Below, one piece after another: positions 48,578 through 58,871 of a stretch of 64,000 nt of DNA. The position numbers and the translations under genes were made by a program. The stretch spans positions 1 to 64,000 of the forward strand of contig CAXXHG010000040.1 in NCBI GenBank assembly GCA_963666315.2, written 5' to 3'. The number at the start of each line of letters is the position of its first letter. Position 1 is the stretch's first letter. The stretch is from Candidatus Binatia bacterium. GTDB taxonomy: Bacteria > Desulfobacterota > Binatia > Bin18. The notes beneath the pieces are model-generated. The model had not been told where the DNA came from, ran no database searches, and worked only from the letters and a program-made list of their open reading frames with translations.

Positions 48578-49720
48578 ATGTCCGCACCAGATGCCGCTTC
48601 ATCATCAATACCAATGCACGACTACTTTATTGTCTCAGCAGACTGCCATGTGCTTGAGCCGCCGGATCTGTGGGAGAAGCGGATTGAGGCGAAGTTTCGC
48701 CACCGGATTCCGCGACTGGAGGTTGATGCGAACGGTCGGAAATGGCTGGTGGTTGAAGGTCAGGGGAAAAAGGGTATCCGTGACTTCACTCTGGACGGGG
48801 AAGATTTAGAACGGGCCAAAGGTGGCAGCTTTGATCTTGCCAAGCGCTGCCAGGATCTGGATCGGGATGGCATTGATGCGGAAGTCATCTACCCAAACCG
48901 TGGTCTTTTGATGTGGACGTCGCCTGATACAGCCATGCAAACCGCCATGTGTCGGGTCTGGAATGACTGGGCGATTGAAGTCTTTGGGCCGTCCCAACAG
49001 CACTCGGTGCCGACTGCGGCAATCGCCCCGCAAGACGTTGATGCTGCCGTGCAAGAAGTGCAACGTGTGGCCAAAAAGGGTTATAAGACCGTCTTCTTAC
49101 CAGTTACCGTCCCGGAGCAGCCGTATAATCTGACACTATACGATCCGCTGTGGGCAGCCATACAGGAGACCGGCATGCCGATTAGTTTCCATGTCGGGAC
49201 GGGCAAAGACCCACGCACGGCAACCGGGAATGGTGGCGCAATCATCAACTACGTCGTGCACGCCTTGTCTACGGCTATCGATCCGGTTGTCCACCTGTGT
49301 GCGTCCGGCGTCTTGGAACGCTTTCCAGACCTCATGTTTGTAACGGTCGAGGCCGGCATAGGCTGGCTCGCCTGGACGCTGTGGGTCATGGACGAAGGCT
49401 TCAAAAAGCATCACTTCTGGATTTCCCCTAAGCTACCGATGCTGCCGAGCGAGTATTTCAGACGCCAAGGCTATGCAACCTTTCAGGATGATCCGATTGG
49501 ACTGGAGACGCGTAAATGGATCGGTACGGACCGTCTGTTGTGGGGCGATGACTATCCTCATCATGAAGGCACCTGGCCGCGATCTCAGGAAGCAATAGAT
49601 CGGACCATGGGCGATCTCACTACAGCAGAACGACGTCAAGTTCTGGGCCTTAATGCGGCTAAGCTGTACGGTTTCGATATCCCCGCCGACAAACGTAACG
49701 CCGAGGGGGCGGAGGCATGA
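48578..49720 (+). CDS. Amidohydrolase family protein
   Basis: SADCHVLEPP, WNDW, FHVGTG, GVLERFP, WGDDYPHHEG. Confidence 0.9.
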   Translation: MSAPDAASSSIPMHDYFIVSADCHVLEPPDLWEKRIEAKFRHRIPRLEVDANGRKWLVVEGQGKKGIRDFTLDGEDLERAKGGSFDLAKRCQDLDRDGIDAEVIYPNRGLLMWTSPDTAMQTAMCRVWNDWAIEVFGPSQQHSVPTAAIAPQDVDAAVQEVQRVAKKGYKTVFLPVTVPEQPYNLTLYDPLWAAIQETGMPISFHVGTGKDPRTATGNGGAIINYVVHALSTAIDPVVHLCASGVLERFPDLMFVTVEAGIGWLAWTLWVMDEGFKKHHFWISPKLPMLPSEYFRRQGYATFQDDPIGLETRKWIGTDRLLWGDDYPHHEGTWPRSQEAIDRTMGDLTTAERRQVLGLNAAKLYGFDIPADKRNAEGAEA

Positions 49721-50052
49721 GTGCTGCAGACATTGAAACACTCCGTATGGACTGGGGCGAAGCCGATAAGGCCCCTGCGGATCGTAAACGCTGGCTTGGG
49801 GCGTGGCTGGTCTCGCGAGATGGAGAAGAAGGCGATTATTTCTACGACGGCCCCGGCGGGCAGGAAACCTCACATGCGGTCCCATCCGAGGCGATTGGAT
49901 TCCGCCTGCGTTGGTATCCAGGTGAGAATGAGGTCGTCGTCAACCTCGAACTCGGTCCCATGGCCAGTGTCGTAGACGACTATTTCTTTGGTGATCCGGC
50001 TGGCCCAATACTCGCTATCGCTGCGCTCGATTTGTTGCCTGAGCAACGCTAG
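49717..50052 (+). CDS. Hypothetical protein coupled to the amidohydrolase
   Basis: ATGA overlap and SD ggagg. Confidence 0.6.
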   Translation: MSAADIETLRMDWGEADKAPADRKRWLGAWLVSRDGEEGDYFYDGPGGQETSHAVPSEAIGFRLRWYPGENEVVVNLELGPMASVVDDYFFGDPAGPILAIAALDLLPEQR

Positions 50053-50085
50053 AGCGACCGTACGAGTGATGTGGGGCTTTAAGGG

Positions 50086-50367
50086 TTACTGCAGATTGCG
50101 CTCCAGATATAGTTCGAGCGCCAGTTCATATGCAGCGGGAATTGTTTGTGCCGCGTTCCCCTCTTCAACCTCTCTTTCGGCCGTCAGCTTACACTGATCA
50201 AAACACTCGGTGCAGATTGCGCCGAGACACGGCACTACGGTCTTTCGTCGTGACCCACAACGCGGACACGGATCGAGAGTAGGATAGCGGACTTCGTACA
50301 GGACGGCGGTGCGCGTTGGCTGTTCCAGCTCTTGCTGGCTCTCCTGGGGTTTACGACGATCTTCCAT
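50086..50367 (-). CDS. Small Zn-ribbon-like protein
   Basis: CPRC..C..CTEC..C; SD aagga. Confidence 0.55.
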   Translation of the reverse strand: MEDRRKPQESQQELEQPTRTAVLYEVRYPTLDPCPRCGSRRKTVVPCLGAICTECFDQCKLTAEREVEEGNAAQTIPAAYELALELYLERNLQ

Positions 50368-50656
50368 TCTGTTCCTTTTCTCCTCTTGCCTCGACTAGAT
50401 GGGTATGAGAACTAAACAAGATTCATGCCTCTTTAGGCGGTGAGCTTAATTTTCTGCTCGCTAAGCAAAAAAGAGAAAAAATCCAGCAATTCTCCTGGTT
50501 TTGGCTTCGTCTCAATCAATTACGCCGAAAGGTTGAATTGTGGGTGGCTCAAAAAATGTCGGGAGTTTGACATTTGTGCCAAAGAATCCCGAGGTTTGTC
50601 CTGGCCTAGCGCTTCTGGTAGGAGGAGGGCCGGTTCAGTAGCCAAAGGAGGCTATC

Positions 50657-51628
50657 ATGTCGGATATCTCGAAATTGCCGAAATTTTCAGACCTGCCACA
50701 GGTAGGCCAGACTGAAGAACGGCATACGTGGGAGGTGTTTGGTCCGGATAACCAACTCGGGTCTGTAAACTTGCTCACGCCGGATCGGGTCAAGCGGGCT
50801 GCGACGCTTGTTCGTACTGGGCGGGTATTCAATTTGAGTCTGCCACTCAACTTCCCGATTACGTTGTACGGCGGGTTTCGGGGTGAAGGCTATCGACATC
50901 ATATCGAAGTCGGTCGCGGTGGCCGTGACGACTATGTAGATAATTTTGCTATGCAGGGCTCCAGCCAGTGGGACAGCCTGCGTCATATTCGGTTTCGTGA
51001 GTTTGGTTATTACGGTGGGCGTCAAGATGCAGACCTGGATAAAAAGGGCGAGCTGGGCATTGAACACTGGGCGCAGCACGGCATAGTCGGTCGCGGGGTG
51101 TTGATGGACACGGCGCAGTATATGGAACAGCAAGGCACCCCGCTAGATATGACAAAAAAGTTTGAGATGGATGGTGGGTTTCTCGAACAAGTCGCCCAGG
51201 CGCAAAAGGTCGAGATCCAACCCGGTGATATTCTTGTGCTCCGGACCGGCTGGCTAGACTGGTACAAAGGCCTTGACGACGCGGGGCGTGAGGCATTACG
51301 CGGAAGCCTGGAGCCTGGAGAAGCTGGCCATGCATGCCCGGGACTCGCAGCGTCGCAAGACACCGCCGCCTGGCTGTGGGATCGGCAGATTGCCGCCATT
51401 GCATCAGACAATGTGGCCTTAGAGGCTCTGCCGGTGGACCCAGCAGTCGGCTTTCAGCATCGTCGGCTGATTGCCCTCCAAGGCATGCCGATTGGCGAGA
51501 TGTGGGATATGGATGAACTCGCCCAGGCATGTGCGCAGGACGGGAGGTATGAGTGTATGCTCGTCTCCATTCCGCTTAATTTACCCGGGGGAGTGGGCTC
51601 GCCAGCAAATGCGTACGCGATAAAGTAG
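50657..51628 (+). CDS. Cyclase family (kynurenine formamidase-like) protein
   Basis: WEVFG..QLGSVNLL, SSQWDSLRH, IVGRGVL, GDILVLRTGW, IGEMW, GGVGSPAN. Confidence 0.88.
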   Translation: MSDISKLPKFSDLPQVGQTEERHTWEVFGPDNQLGSVNLLTPDRVKRAATLVRTGRVFNLSLPLNFPITLYGGFRGEGYRHHIEVGRGGRDDYVDNFAMQGSSQWDSLRHIRFREFGYYGGRQDADLDKKGELGIEHWAQHGIVGRGVLMDTAQYMEQQGTPLDMTKKFEMDGGFLEQVAQAQKVEIQPGDILVLRTGWLDWYKGLDDAGREALRGSLEPGEAGHACPGLAASQDTAAWLWDRQIAAIASDNVALEALPVDPAVGFQHRRLIALQGMPIGEMWDMDELAQACAQDGRYECMLVSIPLNLPGGVGSPANAYAIK

Positions 51629-51676
51629 CGCGATGTGATGTGGGCTTTACTCTTCGCAGGGACGCAGTACGCGGCA

Positions 51677-51712
51677 CCCCTCCATCCCCTCCATCCCCTC
51701 CATCCCCTCCAT
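51677..51712. repeat. 9-bp tandem repeat
   Basis: (cccctccat) x4. Confidence 0.9.
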
Positions 51713-51740
51713 TGTCCATCTGACCTTAAGGCGTGACTCG

Positions 51741-52493
51741 ATGCTCAACATTCTGACCATCCCCCCTACGAAACTCCTCCTCAGCCTTGTCTATGTCGAC
51801 TTCCTGGCCGTTTTGCTCGCCATTGGTCTCGGCTTCGCGCTACACCAGAGCCCCACCGCCTATACGGGCGAGGGCGAGCCGATTACGTGGCTGTCGTTTG
51901 CCCACCTCCTTGTCACCAGTGCACTTGCCTGGGAAGTATTCTCGCGCCGAACGGGAGGCAGCCTCCGGAGCAACGTGTGGCGCAGTCTCACTTTTGTTTG
52001 GCTCCTGATTGCGCTCGGATTTCTTTTCTTGGCGATAGACGAAATTGTCGGGATTCATGAGTCGTTTGACCATCTGTTCCACCGAACCTTTCAGATCCAA
52101 GAGACAGGTCTGACGGATCGACTCGATGACGTCATTGTGTTGGGCTATGGACTGATTGGAGTGGGGGTCTTGTATGCCTACCGCGGCGAGCTTGTTCGGT
52201 ATAAGTCAGTCCTGCCGCTGGTGATGTGCGGGCTTGTTCTTTTTGTGTTCATGGGTCTGCTTGATGCCATAGTCAACCGTGACGATGTGTTCCTGTTCTT
52301 GGGCATAAGCCCAGAAGGCAGCTATGCTCTTGCATTATGGATAGGTGCAGTCGAAGAGGGCTTGAAAATCTTGGCAGAAGCCGCCCTGCTTGGAGCAACG
52401 TATACCTGTGTCTTTCTGACACAGATATACGGTAAGGCAAGCCACCGCGGGGCGGATGCCCCGGAGGGCGATGAGGGCGGGCGTCGCGATTGA
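51741..52493 (+). CDS. Multi-pass membrane hypothetical protein
   Basis: About 6 hydrophobic helices; FLAIDE..IHE and EEGLK motifs. Confidence 0.7.
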   Translation: MLNILTIPPTKLLLSLVYVDFLAVLLAIGLGFALHQSPTAYTGEGEPITWLSFAHLLVTSALAWEVFSRRTGGSLRSNVWRSLTFVWLLIALGFLFLAIDEIVGIHESFDHLFHRTFQIQETGLTDRLDDVIVLGYGLIGVGVLYAYRGELVRYKSVLPLVMCGLVLFVFMGLLDAIVNRDDVFLFLGISPEGSYALALWIGAVEEGLKILAEAALLGATYTCVFLTQIYGKASHRGADAPEGDEGGRRD

Positions 52494-52604
52494 CAAGCCT
52501 CACCCTTCCAGAGTAGCTTCCTCGTGCTGACTGAAGTGAGAGGAACGCTCCGGGATAGAGTATTTTCCTTCAGACTTCTGAAAGGGAGAACAAAGGAGGT
52601 TGTC

Positions 52605-54415
52605 ATGCATAGACCACGGTTGAGAGGGATTTCTGTTGTCGTCCAGACAACGTTTCTGATTACCGGACTCCTGCTCTTGCCTCGTGCGGGGTATAGCGGG
52701 CAGGATTTGCTTGACCTGCAAAAACCCCCAGACCAATGGGTCATGCCGGGCAAAGACTATGCACTCACCCGTTATAGTAGTCTGAGTCAGATTTCGACAG
52801 AAAACGCGAAGAATCTGAAAGTTTCCTGGACCCTCTCTACGGGGGTACTGCGGGGACATGAAGGGACACCGCTGGTGATTGGGGACATGATGTATATCGT
52901 GACCCCGTTCCCCAATATTGTGTATGCAATCGACCTGTCAGACCCTGCTCATTCCGTCAAATGGAAATATGCGCCCATCCAGGATGAGGATGCCATTCCT
53001 ATTGCCTGCTGCGATGTGGTGAATCGGGGTGCAGCCTATGCGGATGGCAAGATCTTTTTCAATCAGCTCGACACGCATACGGTCGCACTCGACGCCGAGA
53101 CCGGCAAAGAGCTGTGGAAGGTCAAGCAGGGCGACATCAAAAAAGGCCAGACCATTACCATGGCGCCCTTGGTTGTCCGAGACAAAGTCATTACTGGAGT
53201 CAGTGGTGGCGAGTTCGGCGTGCGTGGATTTGTGACCGCCAACAACGTCAACACGGGCGAACAAGTCTGGCGGGCGTATAGCACCGGGCCGGACGCTGAG
53301 GTGCTGATAGGCGAAGATTTTTCCTCTCCGTATGCGTCCCATCAAGGCAAGGACCTGGGAGTGTCAACCTGGAAAGGCGAAGAATGGAAACGCGGCGGGG
53401 GCACGACCTGGGGCTGGTATAGCTATGATCCGGAACTCGATCTTTTTTTACTACGGCACCGGCAATCCGGGCGCCTGGAACCCTGACCAGCGGCCCGGCG
53501 ATAACAAATGGTCGATGACGCTTTTTGCGCGTAATCCAGACACGGGCCAGGCTAAATGGGCATATCAAATGACGCCGCATGATGCCTGGGATTACGACGG
53601 TATTAACGAGAGCGTCCTCATCGACCTGCAGACAAACGGCAAGGTCCAGCAGGTCTTAGTCCATTTTGATCGTAACGGCTTTGCCTATGTGGTCGACCGG
53701 ACCAGCGGCAAGGTGCTGTCGGCGAAGAAGTTTGGTCATGTAAACTGGGCCAAGGAAATCAACCTAGAGACGGGGCTGCCGGTTGAGAATCCTGACAAGC
53801 GGACAAAACAAGGCACAAACATCGAAGGCATCTGTCCCGGTTCTATGGGCACCAAGGACCAACAGCCGGTATCCTATTCGCCACGAACGAAACTTTTTTA
53901 TGTCCCCACGAATCATCTGTGCATGAACTATGAAGGCATGAAAGTGCGCTACATCGCTGGTGTGCCGTACGTCGGAGCCATTGTGAAGATGTTCCCAGGG
54001 CCGGGCGGGCACCGGGGCGAGTTTATTGCCTGGGACCCGGTCGCGGGCGAGAAAAAATGGGGCATTAAAGAAAAATGGTCGGCCTGGAGTGGCGCCCTCT
54101 CGACCGGGGGAGACGTGGTCTTCTACGGCACCATGGAAGGCTGGTTTAAGGCGATCCATGCCGTAACCGGAGAAGAGTTGTGGAAGTTCAAGACCGGCTC
54201 CGGCATTATTGGTGCGCCTATGACCTATATCGGACCGGACGGCAAACAATATGTCGCGATTATGTCCGGCATCGGTGGGTGGTCGGGCCTCGTCGTGGCC
54301 GGTGATCTCGGCACCGACCGATCCCACCGCAGCGTTGGGAGCGGTGGGTGCCTTTAGCGAGCTTGGAAAAGATACTAATAAGGGCGGTATGTTATACGTC
54401 TTCGCGCTTGAGTAG
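52605..54415 (+). CDS. xoxF: Lanthanide-type PQQ methanol/alcohol dehydrogenase (XoxF-like), two 1-nt frameshifts
   Basis: Signal peptide, GHEGTPL, ACCDVVNRG, GTGNP, WDYDGINE (extra Asp), C-terminal DPTAALGAVGAF..GGMLYVFAL; extra T at about 53443-53449 and extra C at about 54318. Confidence 0.85.
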
Positions 54416-54427
54416 TGTTGTGCTTCT

Positions 54428-55741
54428 GTGGTGAGTGCTGCGTATCTTCTGCGTATGTTCAAGCAAGGTGAAGGGGCGCCGCGTACTGCGCCCCTTTTCT
54501 TCATGAGCCTAGGCCTCCCCCTCCTGCTTTTCTCTGCCCTCTTCCTTTTGGGAACATTCCTCTCGGGAACAACGTGGGCAAACGAGGAGTCCGCATCCGC
54601 CCAAGCGTTCCGGGTGTGTGCAGACCCCAACAACCTGCCGTATTCAAACCAAGACCAAGAGGGGTTTGAGAATAAAATTGCCGAAGTCTTAGCGCGTGAG
54701 TTGGGACAAGTCGTGGACTACACTTGGCGGCCCCAGCGCCGCGGCTTTCTGCGCAATACGCTGAATGCAGGCAAATGCGATGTTGTGATGGGTATTCCCG
54801 CCGACTTGGACTCCGTGCTGACGACTCGGCCGTACTACCGTTCGTCGTATGCCTTTGTGTATCCCGAAGAGGCTGCTTACCGGCTCTCGTCCCTTGATGA
54901 TCCGGTTCTTAAGTATTTGAAGATCGGCGTGCATCTTATTGGCGATGACTATATCAACAGCCCACCAGCCCATGCACTGAGCAGTAGAGGCATTGTGGAG
55001 AACGTGGTCGGCTATAGCGTCTTTGGGGATTATGCACAAGACAGCCCGCCGGGCAAAATTGTCGAAGCCGTGGCGAGTAAAGAAATTGATACCGCCATTA
55101 TCTGGGGTCCGATTGCCGGCTATTTCGCCAAAAAGCAAGCAATTGCGCTGCATGTGAGTCTAGTCCCCGCTGATGCAGATTCCGGATCTTTTCTGTTTGC
55201 GTACGATATCGCACTTGGGGTCCGACCGGACGATGAGGAGCGGAGAAACACGCTGAATACACTCTTAGATCAGCACTCAGAGGAAATCCACGCTATTCTG
55301 ATCCACTACGGCGTCCCTATGACTGCTGCCCAGCGGACTCAAAGTCCGTCTGACGAGCAGACTCAAAGTCCGACTAACGAAACGGCTATTCAGCCCCAAG
55401 TTCACAATGTTGAATCATCCCCAGAGGCTGGCGCAGAACCAGTCAAACTCAACCCCTATACCGGCAACCCTGAGGCTATTGCAGAGGGCGAAGAACTGTA
55501 TAAGCTACTGAATTGTTATAGCTGCCATGGACTGCGCGGTGGCGGGGGGATGGGACCCAACTTGACCGATGAACAATGGAAAGAAGGTACGGGCAGCGAC
55601 ATACGGGTGATGGCGCAGGTCATGACCGGGCGGAACAAAATGCCTGGATACGAAAGGGCGATTACAGAAGATGAAGCGTGGAAGGTCATCGCCTACGTGC
55701 GGACCCTGTATAAGGGAGATCCCTCGACCGTTGAGTGGTAG
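54428..55741 (+). CDS. xoxJ: XoxJ/MxaJ-type periplasmic binding protein fused to C-terminal cytochrome c (XoxG-like)
   Basis: RVCADPNNLPYSN, GFENKIA, RRGFLRNTL, YYRSSY, WGPIAGY; then NPY..CYSCHG..GGGMGP..MP; start codon uncertain. Confidence 0.85.
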   Translation: MVSAAYLLRMFKQGEGAPRTAPLFFMSLGLPLLLFSALFLLGTFLSGTTWANEESASAQAFRVCADPNNLPYSNQDQEGFENKIAEVLARELGQVVDYTWRPQRRGFLRNTLNAGKCDVVMGIPADLDSVLTTRPYYRSSYAFVYPEEAAYRLSSLDDPVLKYLKIGVHLIGDDYINSPPAHALSSRGIVENVVGYSVFGDYAQDSPPGKIVEAVASKEIDTAIIWGPIAGYFAKKQAIALHVSLVPADADSGSFLFAYDIALGVRPDDEERRNTLNTLLDQHSEEIHAILIHYGVPMTAAQRTQSPSDEQTQSPTNETAIQPQVHNVESSPEAGAEPVKLNPYTGNPEAIAEGEELYKLLNCYSCHGLRGGGGMGPNLTDEQWKEGTGSDIRVMAQVMTGRNKMPGYERAITEDEAWKVIAYVRTLYKGDPSTVEW

Positions 55742-55889
55742 GAGAGGAAGGGCTGTAATGCTCGCGGAAAGGGTGTGAGGAGGGGTACGGGTGACCGTGC
55801 CCCTTTTGTTTTTGCTAGACGGAGTCAGTCTCTCGTACGAGCAATTAGGCCATGGAGCACATACAAGCCGGGGACAGGAGATAAAGGGT

Positions 55890-56840
55890 ATGCAGTGCCC
55901 GAATTGTGGGCAAGACAACCGTGGGGGAGCAAAGTTCTGCGATGAGTGCGGGACTCCGCTGTCGGCCCAGCCTGTTCAGACTGATCCGGTGCAGACACAC
56001 GACGGGCGACGGCAGTTGACGGTCATGTTCTGCGATGTAGTTGGCTCGATCGCACTGGCAGGTCGGCTCGATCCTGAGGAGTGGCGCGACATCATTCAGG
56101 TCTATCAAGAGACCTGCGCCACTGTCGTGCGACGTTTCAGTGGCTATATCGCCCAATATCTGGGAGACGGATTGTTAGTCTATTTCGGATATCCCATTAC
56201 ACACGAGGATGACGCCGTCCGTGCCATCAAAACAGGTCTCGGCATCCTGGCTGAACTCCAAGCGATGAACGCGCGTCTCAAAGAGCCTGGACGCGCACGC
56301 CTTTTTCCAACAGACGGCAAAGAGTCACAAGGGATACGGCTCCGTATCGGTATTCATACTGGTCAAGTTGTTGTCGGGAATATGGGCGCAGGCGAGCGAC
56401 ACGAACAACTTGCTCTTGGCGAGACGCGCAATATTGCGGCCCGTCTCCAATCAATTGCCAAAGCAGACACGATGGTAATAAGTGCGGCAACCTTCCGTCT
56501 GGTCGAAGGCTTCTTTGAATGTCATACCTTGGGACCACACGCGCTCAAAGGCATAACAACGCCCCTCTCGGTTTACCATGTCATTGCTGAAGGGAGTGCC
56601 CAGAGTCGGTTTGGAGGTTGTGCTCGAAGCGGGTCTGACTCCGCTCGTCGGACGGGTAAAAGACCTCCAATTTCTCCAAGAACGGTGAGACGAGGCCAGA
56701 GCCCGACACGGCCAGGTCGTTCTCTTAGACGGGGACCCGGGCATTGAAAAATCTCGATTAGTGCAAGAGCTCAAAGATCAAGTGGCAAAAGCTGGTGAAG
56801 CCAGACGGGAATTTCGCTGCTCGTCGTTTGCGCAAAACAT
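55890..56840 (+). pseudogene. Zn-ribbon + class III adenylate/guanylate cyclase, truncated in the AAA domain
   Basis: CPNC..FCDECG, RRQLTVMFCD, YLGDG, RIGIHTG, NIAARLQ; frameshift at about 56612, then TPLVGR..ER*..GDPGIEKS; ends abruptly at the next gene. Confidence 0.85.
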
Positions 56841-56851
56841 GGAGGGACGTA

Positions 56852-57946
56852 ATGCAGAAGATTTTCATGGTGTTATTCATCGTTACTGGAGTGCTGCCGC
56901 ATATGGTGTGGGCAGCAGAGATACTAGAGACAAACGTGCCACAGGCAGACCTGCTAGAAGCGGACGTGCCCCCAATCGCAGGGGAAGAACAGGGTACAGC
57001 CTTCAAGGCTTGGGTGTACACCCAGTTGCCCGATACCCCTGAGGGGCTCGGCGTGGATTCTCAGGGCAATCTGTATGCGTCTCTGTTTCATACCGGAGAG
57101 ATCGTGCAACTGAAGGAGGATGGACAGTATGTCCATATCGCTTGGATTCCATCTGAAGAAGACAGCGGCAAGGGGCACGTCCTGGGTATTGAGTCCGACA
57201 AAGATGACAATTTGTATGTGGCCTATAAAGCCCGCTCCAAATATGACCGCGTCGGAGATCCGCGTCATCCCGCGTGTCGGGATGCGACTGATGTCACCAG
57301 TGGTGTGTATCGGATAGATGCTGAGACTCGTGAGGTGACACCCGTGGCAACGCGCGGAGACGGCTGGCCGTTTTGTTTTCCTGACGATGTGGACATAGAC
57401 GATGTGGGCAATATTTATCTGGCCGATTTGACATATGCCGGCATCTGGAAGATCACGCTAGATGGTCAAGTCACCTTGTGGTCGGAGCATCCACTCCTGC
57501 ACTGGACTGCGACGCCCTATTCCGGGTTCCCGCTTGGGGTGAACGCGCTTGTCCTCGACCCGGGCCAACGGAATATATACGCAGCCACGAGCGGCGATCC
57601 ACTCATACTGCGCATTCCCATTCAGGCCGATGGCAGTGCCGGGGAACCCGTCGTCATTTCCCGTGGGCATACCCTGCTCGATGGGATGGCTTTGGATGAA
57701 GCCGGCAATATCTACGTCTCGGAGATTTTCCGCAGCGAGATCATTGGTGTATCTCCAGACGGCAGCCGCCGAGTGGTGGTTGCTAACACAGACTCTACGC
57801 CGCTGGATGGTAATGCCAGTCTTGTGATTCGAGATGGCATCCTATATGTGGCAAACTTGGGCTTTGCCCATGCGCGTTGGCAGGATGCGAACAAAACCGT
57901 TGTGGCGATACAAGGGTTTACAAAACCCATTCAGAAGCAAGAGTAA
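56852..57946 (+). CDS. SMP-30/gluconolactonase-family beta-propeller, exported
   Basis: Signal peptide, PEGLGVDSQGNLY, FPDDVDID, GVNAL, DGMALDEAGNIYV; SD ggaggg. Confidence 0.82.
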   Translation: MQKIFMVLFIVTGVLPHMVWAAEILETNVPQADLLEADVPPIAGEEQGTAFKAWVYTQLPDTPEGLGVDSQGNLYASLFHTGEIVQLKEDGQYVHIAWIPSEEDSGKGHVLGIESDKDDNLYVAYKARSKYDRVGDPRHPACRDATDVTSGVYRIDAETREVTPVATRGDGWPFCFPDDVDIDDVGNIYLADLTYAGIWKITLDGQVTLWSEHPLLHWTATPYSGFPLGVNALVLDPGQRNIYAATSGDPLILRIPIQADGSAGEPVVISRGHTLLDGMALDEAGNIYVSEIFRSEIIGVSPDGSRRVVVANTDSTPLDGNASLVIRDGILYVANLGFAHARWQDANKTVVAIQGFTKPIQKQE

Positions 57947-58010
57947 AAAATCTGACCGGAGAGGCTCGGCAGGAGAGACTCAGAGAGAAGAATCATACGC
58001 GGAGGAAGAC

Positions 58011-58871
58011 ATGTCCGAACACGTCACAGGAATAGAAGGCCAGGAAAATGGGCACCAGCTCATGAGTGCCTCTGAAGAAGACGTTGAACGCGGCTCCAGA
58101 GAATATGAGCGGGAACGCGACGTCCAAACGGCTAAAGATGTTATGCTTCGGTTGCAGGAACGCAACGGACGGCTGCGCGGCAAAATTTCGGCTGTAGAAG
58201 ATCGCGTCCAACGCGGCTTGTTGATCACGGGAGGGATCGGAGTAGGAGGCGTCGCGCTGCTCATGCTGATCCTCTTTACCGTTGTGCTGCCGCTCAAAGG
58301 GCAGGTTGCCGAACTCCAAGCCTCTCTGGCTTTGCTGCAAACAGGAGAAGGGCAGGCGGCAGAGCAAGCAGCAGTCGCTGCGAAGCGATCCATGCAGCGG
58401 GTAGAGGCCGACCTCAGGCAATCAGTCCAGGCATTGGCTGCGGATGCCATTGCTGCAGCTCTGCACGGCGCGATTCGTGTTGATACCGCCGGCAACGTTG
58501 ATATTGGCACTGCGGGCTCGGCAACACAGGTCAAGATCCTGGGTGATCTGATTGGTGCCGTGCGTGGTCCCGAGGGGCAGCCGCTACGCATGGTGATGGG
58601 TAAAACTAATCCACACCGGACGAACTGGGTCTTATACACACCAGGCGGGGTGTATACCGATATTGATACCTCTGCTGCCGGCTTTTCAACGACGCCGCAG
58701 TATTTCACCAGTCTGACCGGCGAGCTGCGACACAATCTGGCGCGTGGTGCGACCAGTATTTACGAATCCACGGCCCAGGGCTTTCGAGTCTATGTCAGGC
58801 GCAGGGGACTCACTCCAGAGAAGGCCCAAGAGTGGGGCTGGTCGATTAGTTGGATTGCGGTTGGGGAGTAG
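58011..58871 (+). CDS. Membrane-anchored coiled-coil protein with a fibre/lectin-like C-terminal domain
   Basis: Coiled coil, TM helix, coiled coil, GNVDIGT, then DTSAAGFSTTPQYFTSL..SIYESTAQGFRVYV..WSISWIAVG; SD ggagg. Confidence 0.65.
   Translation: MSEHVTGIEGQENGHQLMSASEEDVERGSREYERERDVQTAKDVMLRLQERNGRLRGKISAVEDRVQRGLLITGGIGVGGVALLMLILFTVVLPLKGQVAELQASLALLQTGEGQAAEQAAVAAKRSMQRVEADLRQSVQALAADAIAAALHGAIRVDTAGNVDIGTAGSATQVKILGDLIGAVRGPEGQPLRMVMGKTNPHRTNWVLYTPGGVYTDIDTSAAGFSTTPQYFTSLTGELRHNLARGATSIYESTAQGFRVYVRRRGLTPEKAQEWGWSISWIAVGE

Noticed and set aside
50657-51628. Dead cyclase because HxGTHxD is replaced by QGSSQWD
   Set aside because: The SQWD variant is a common subfamily of this fold, so it is not evidence of inactivation
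51677-51712. CRISPR array
   Set aside because: Simple 9-bp tandem repeat with no spacers; no cas genes or repeat-spacer arrays seen anywhere in the window
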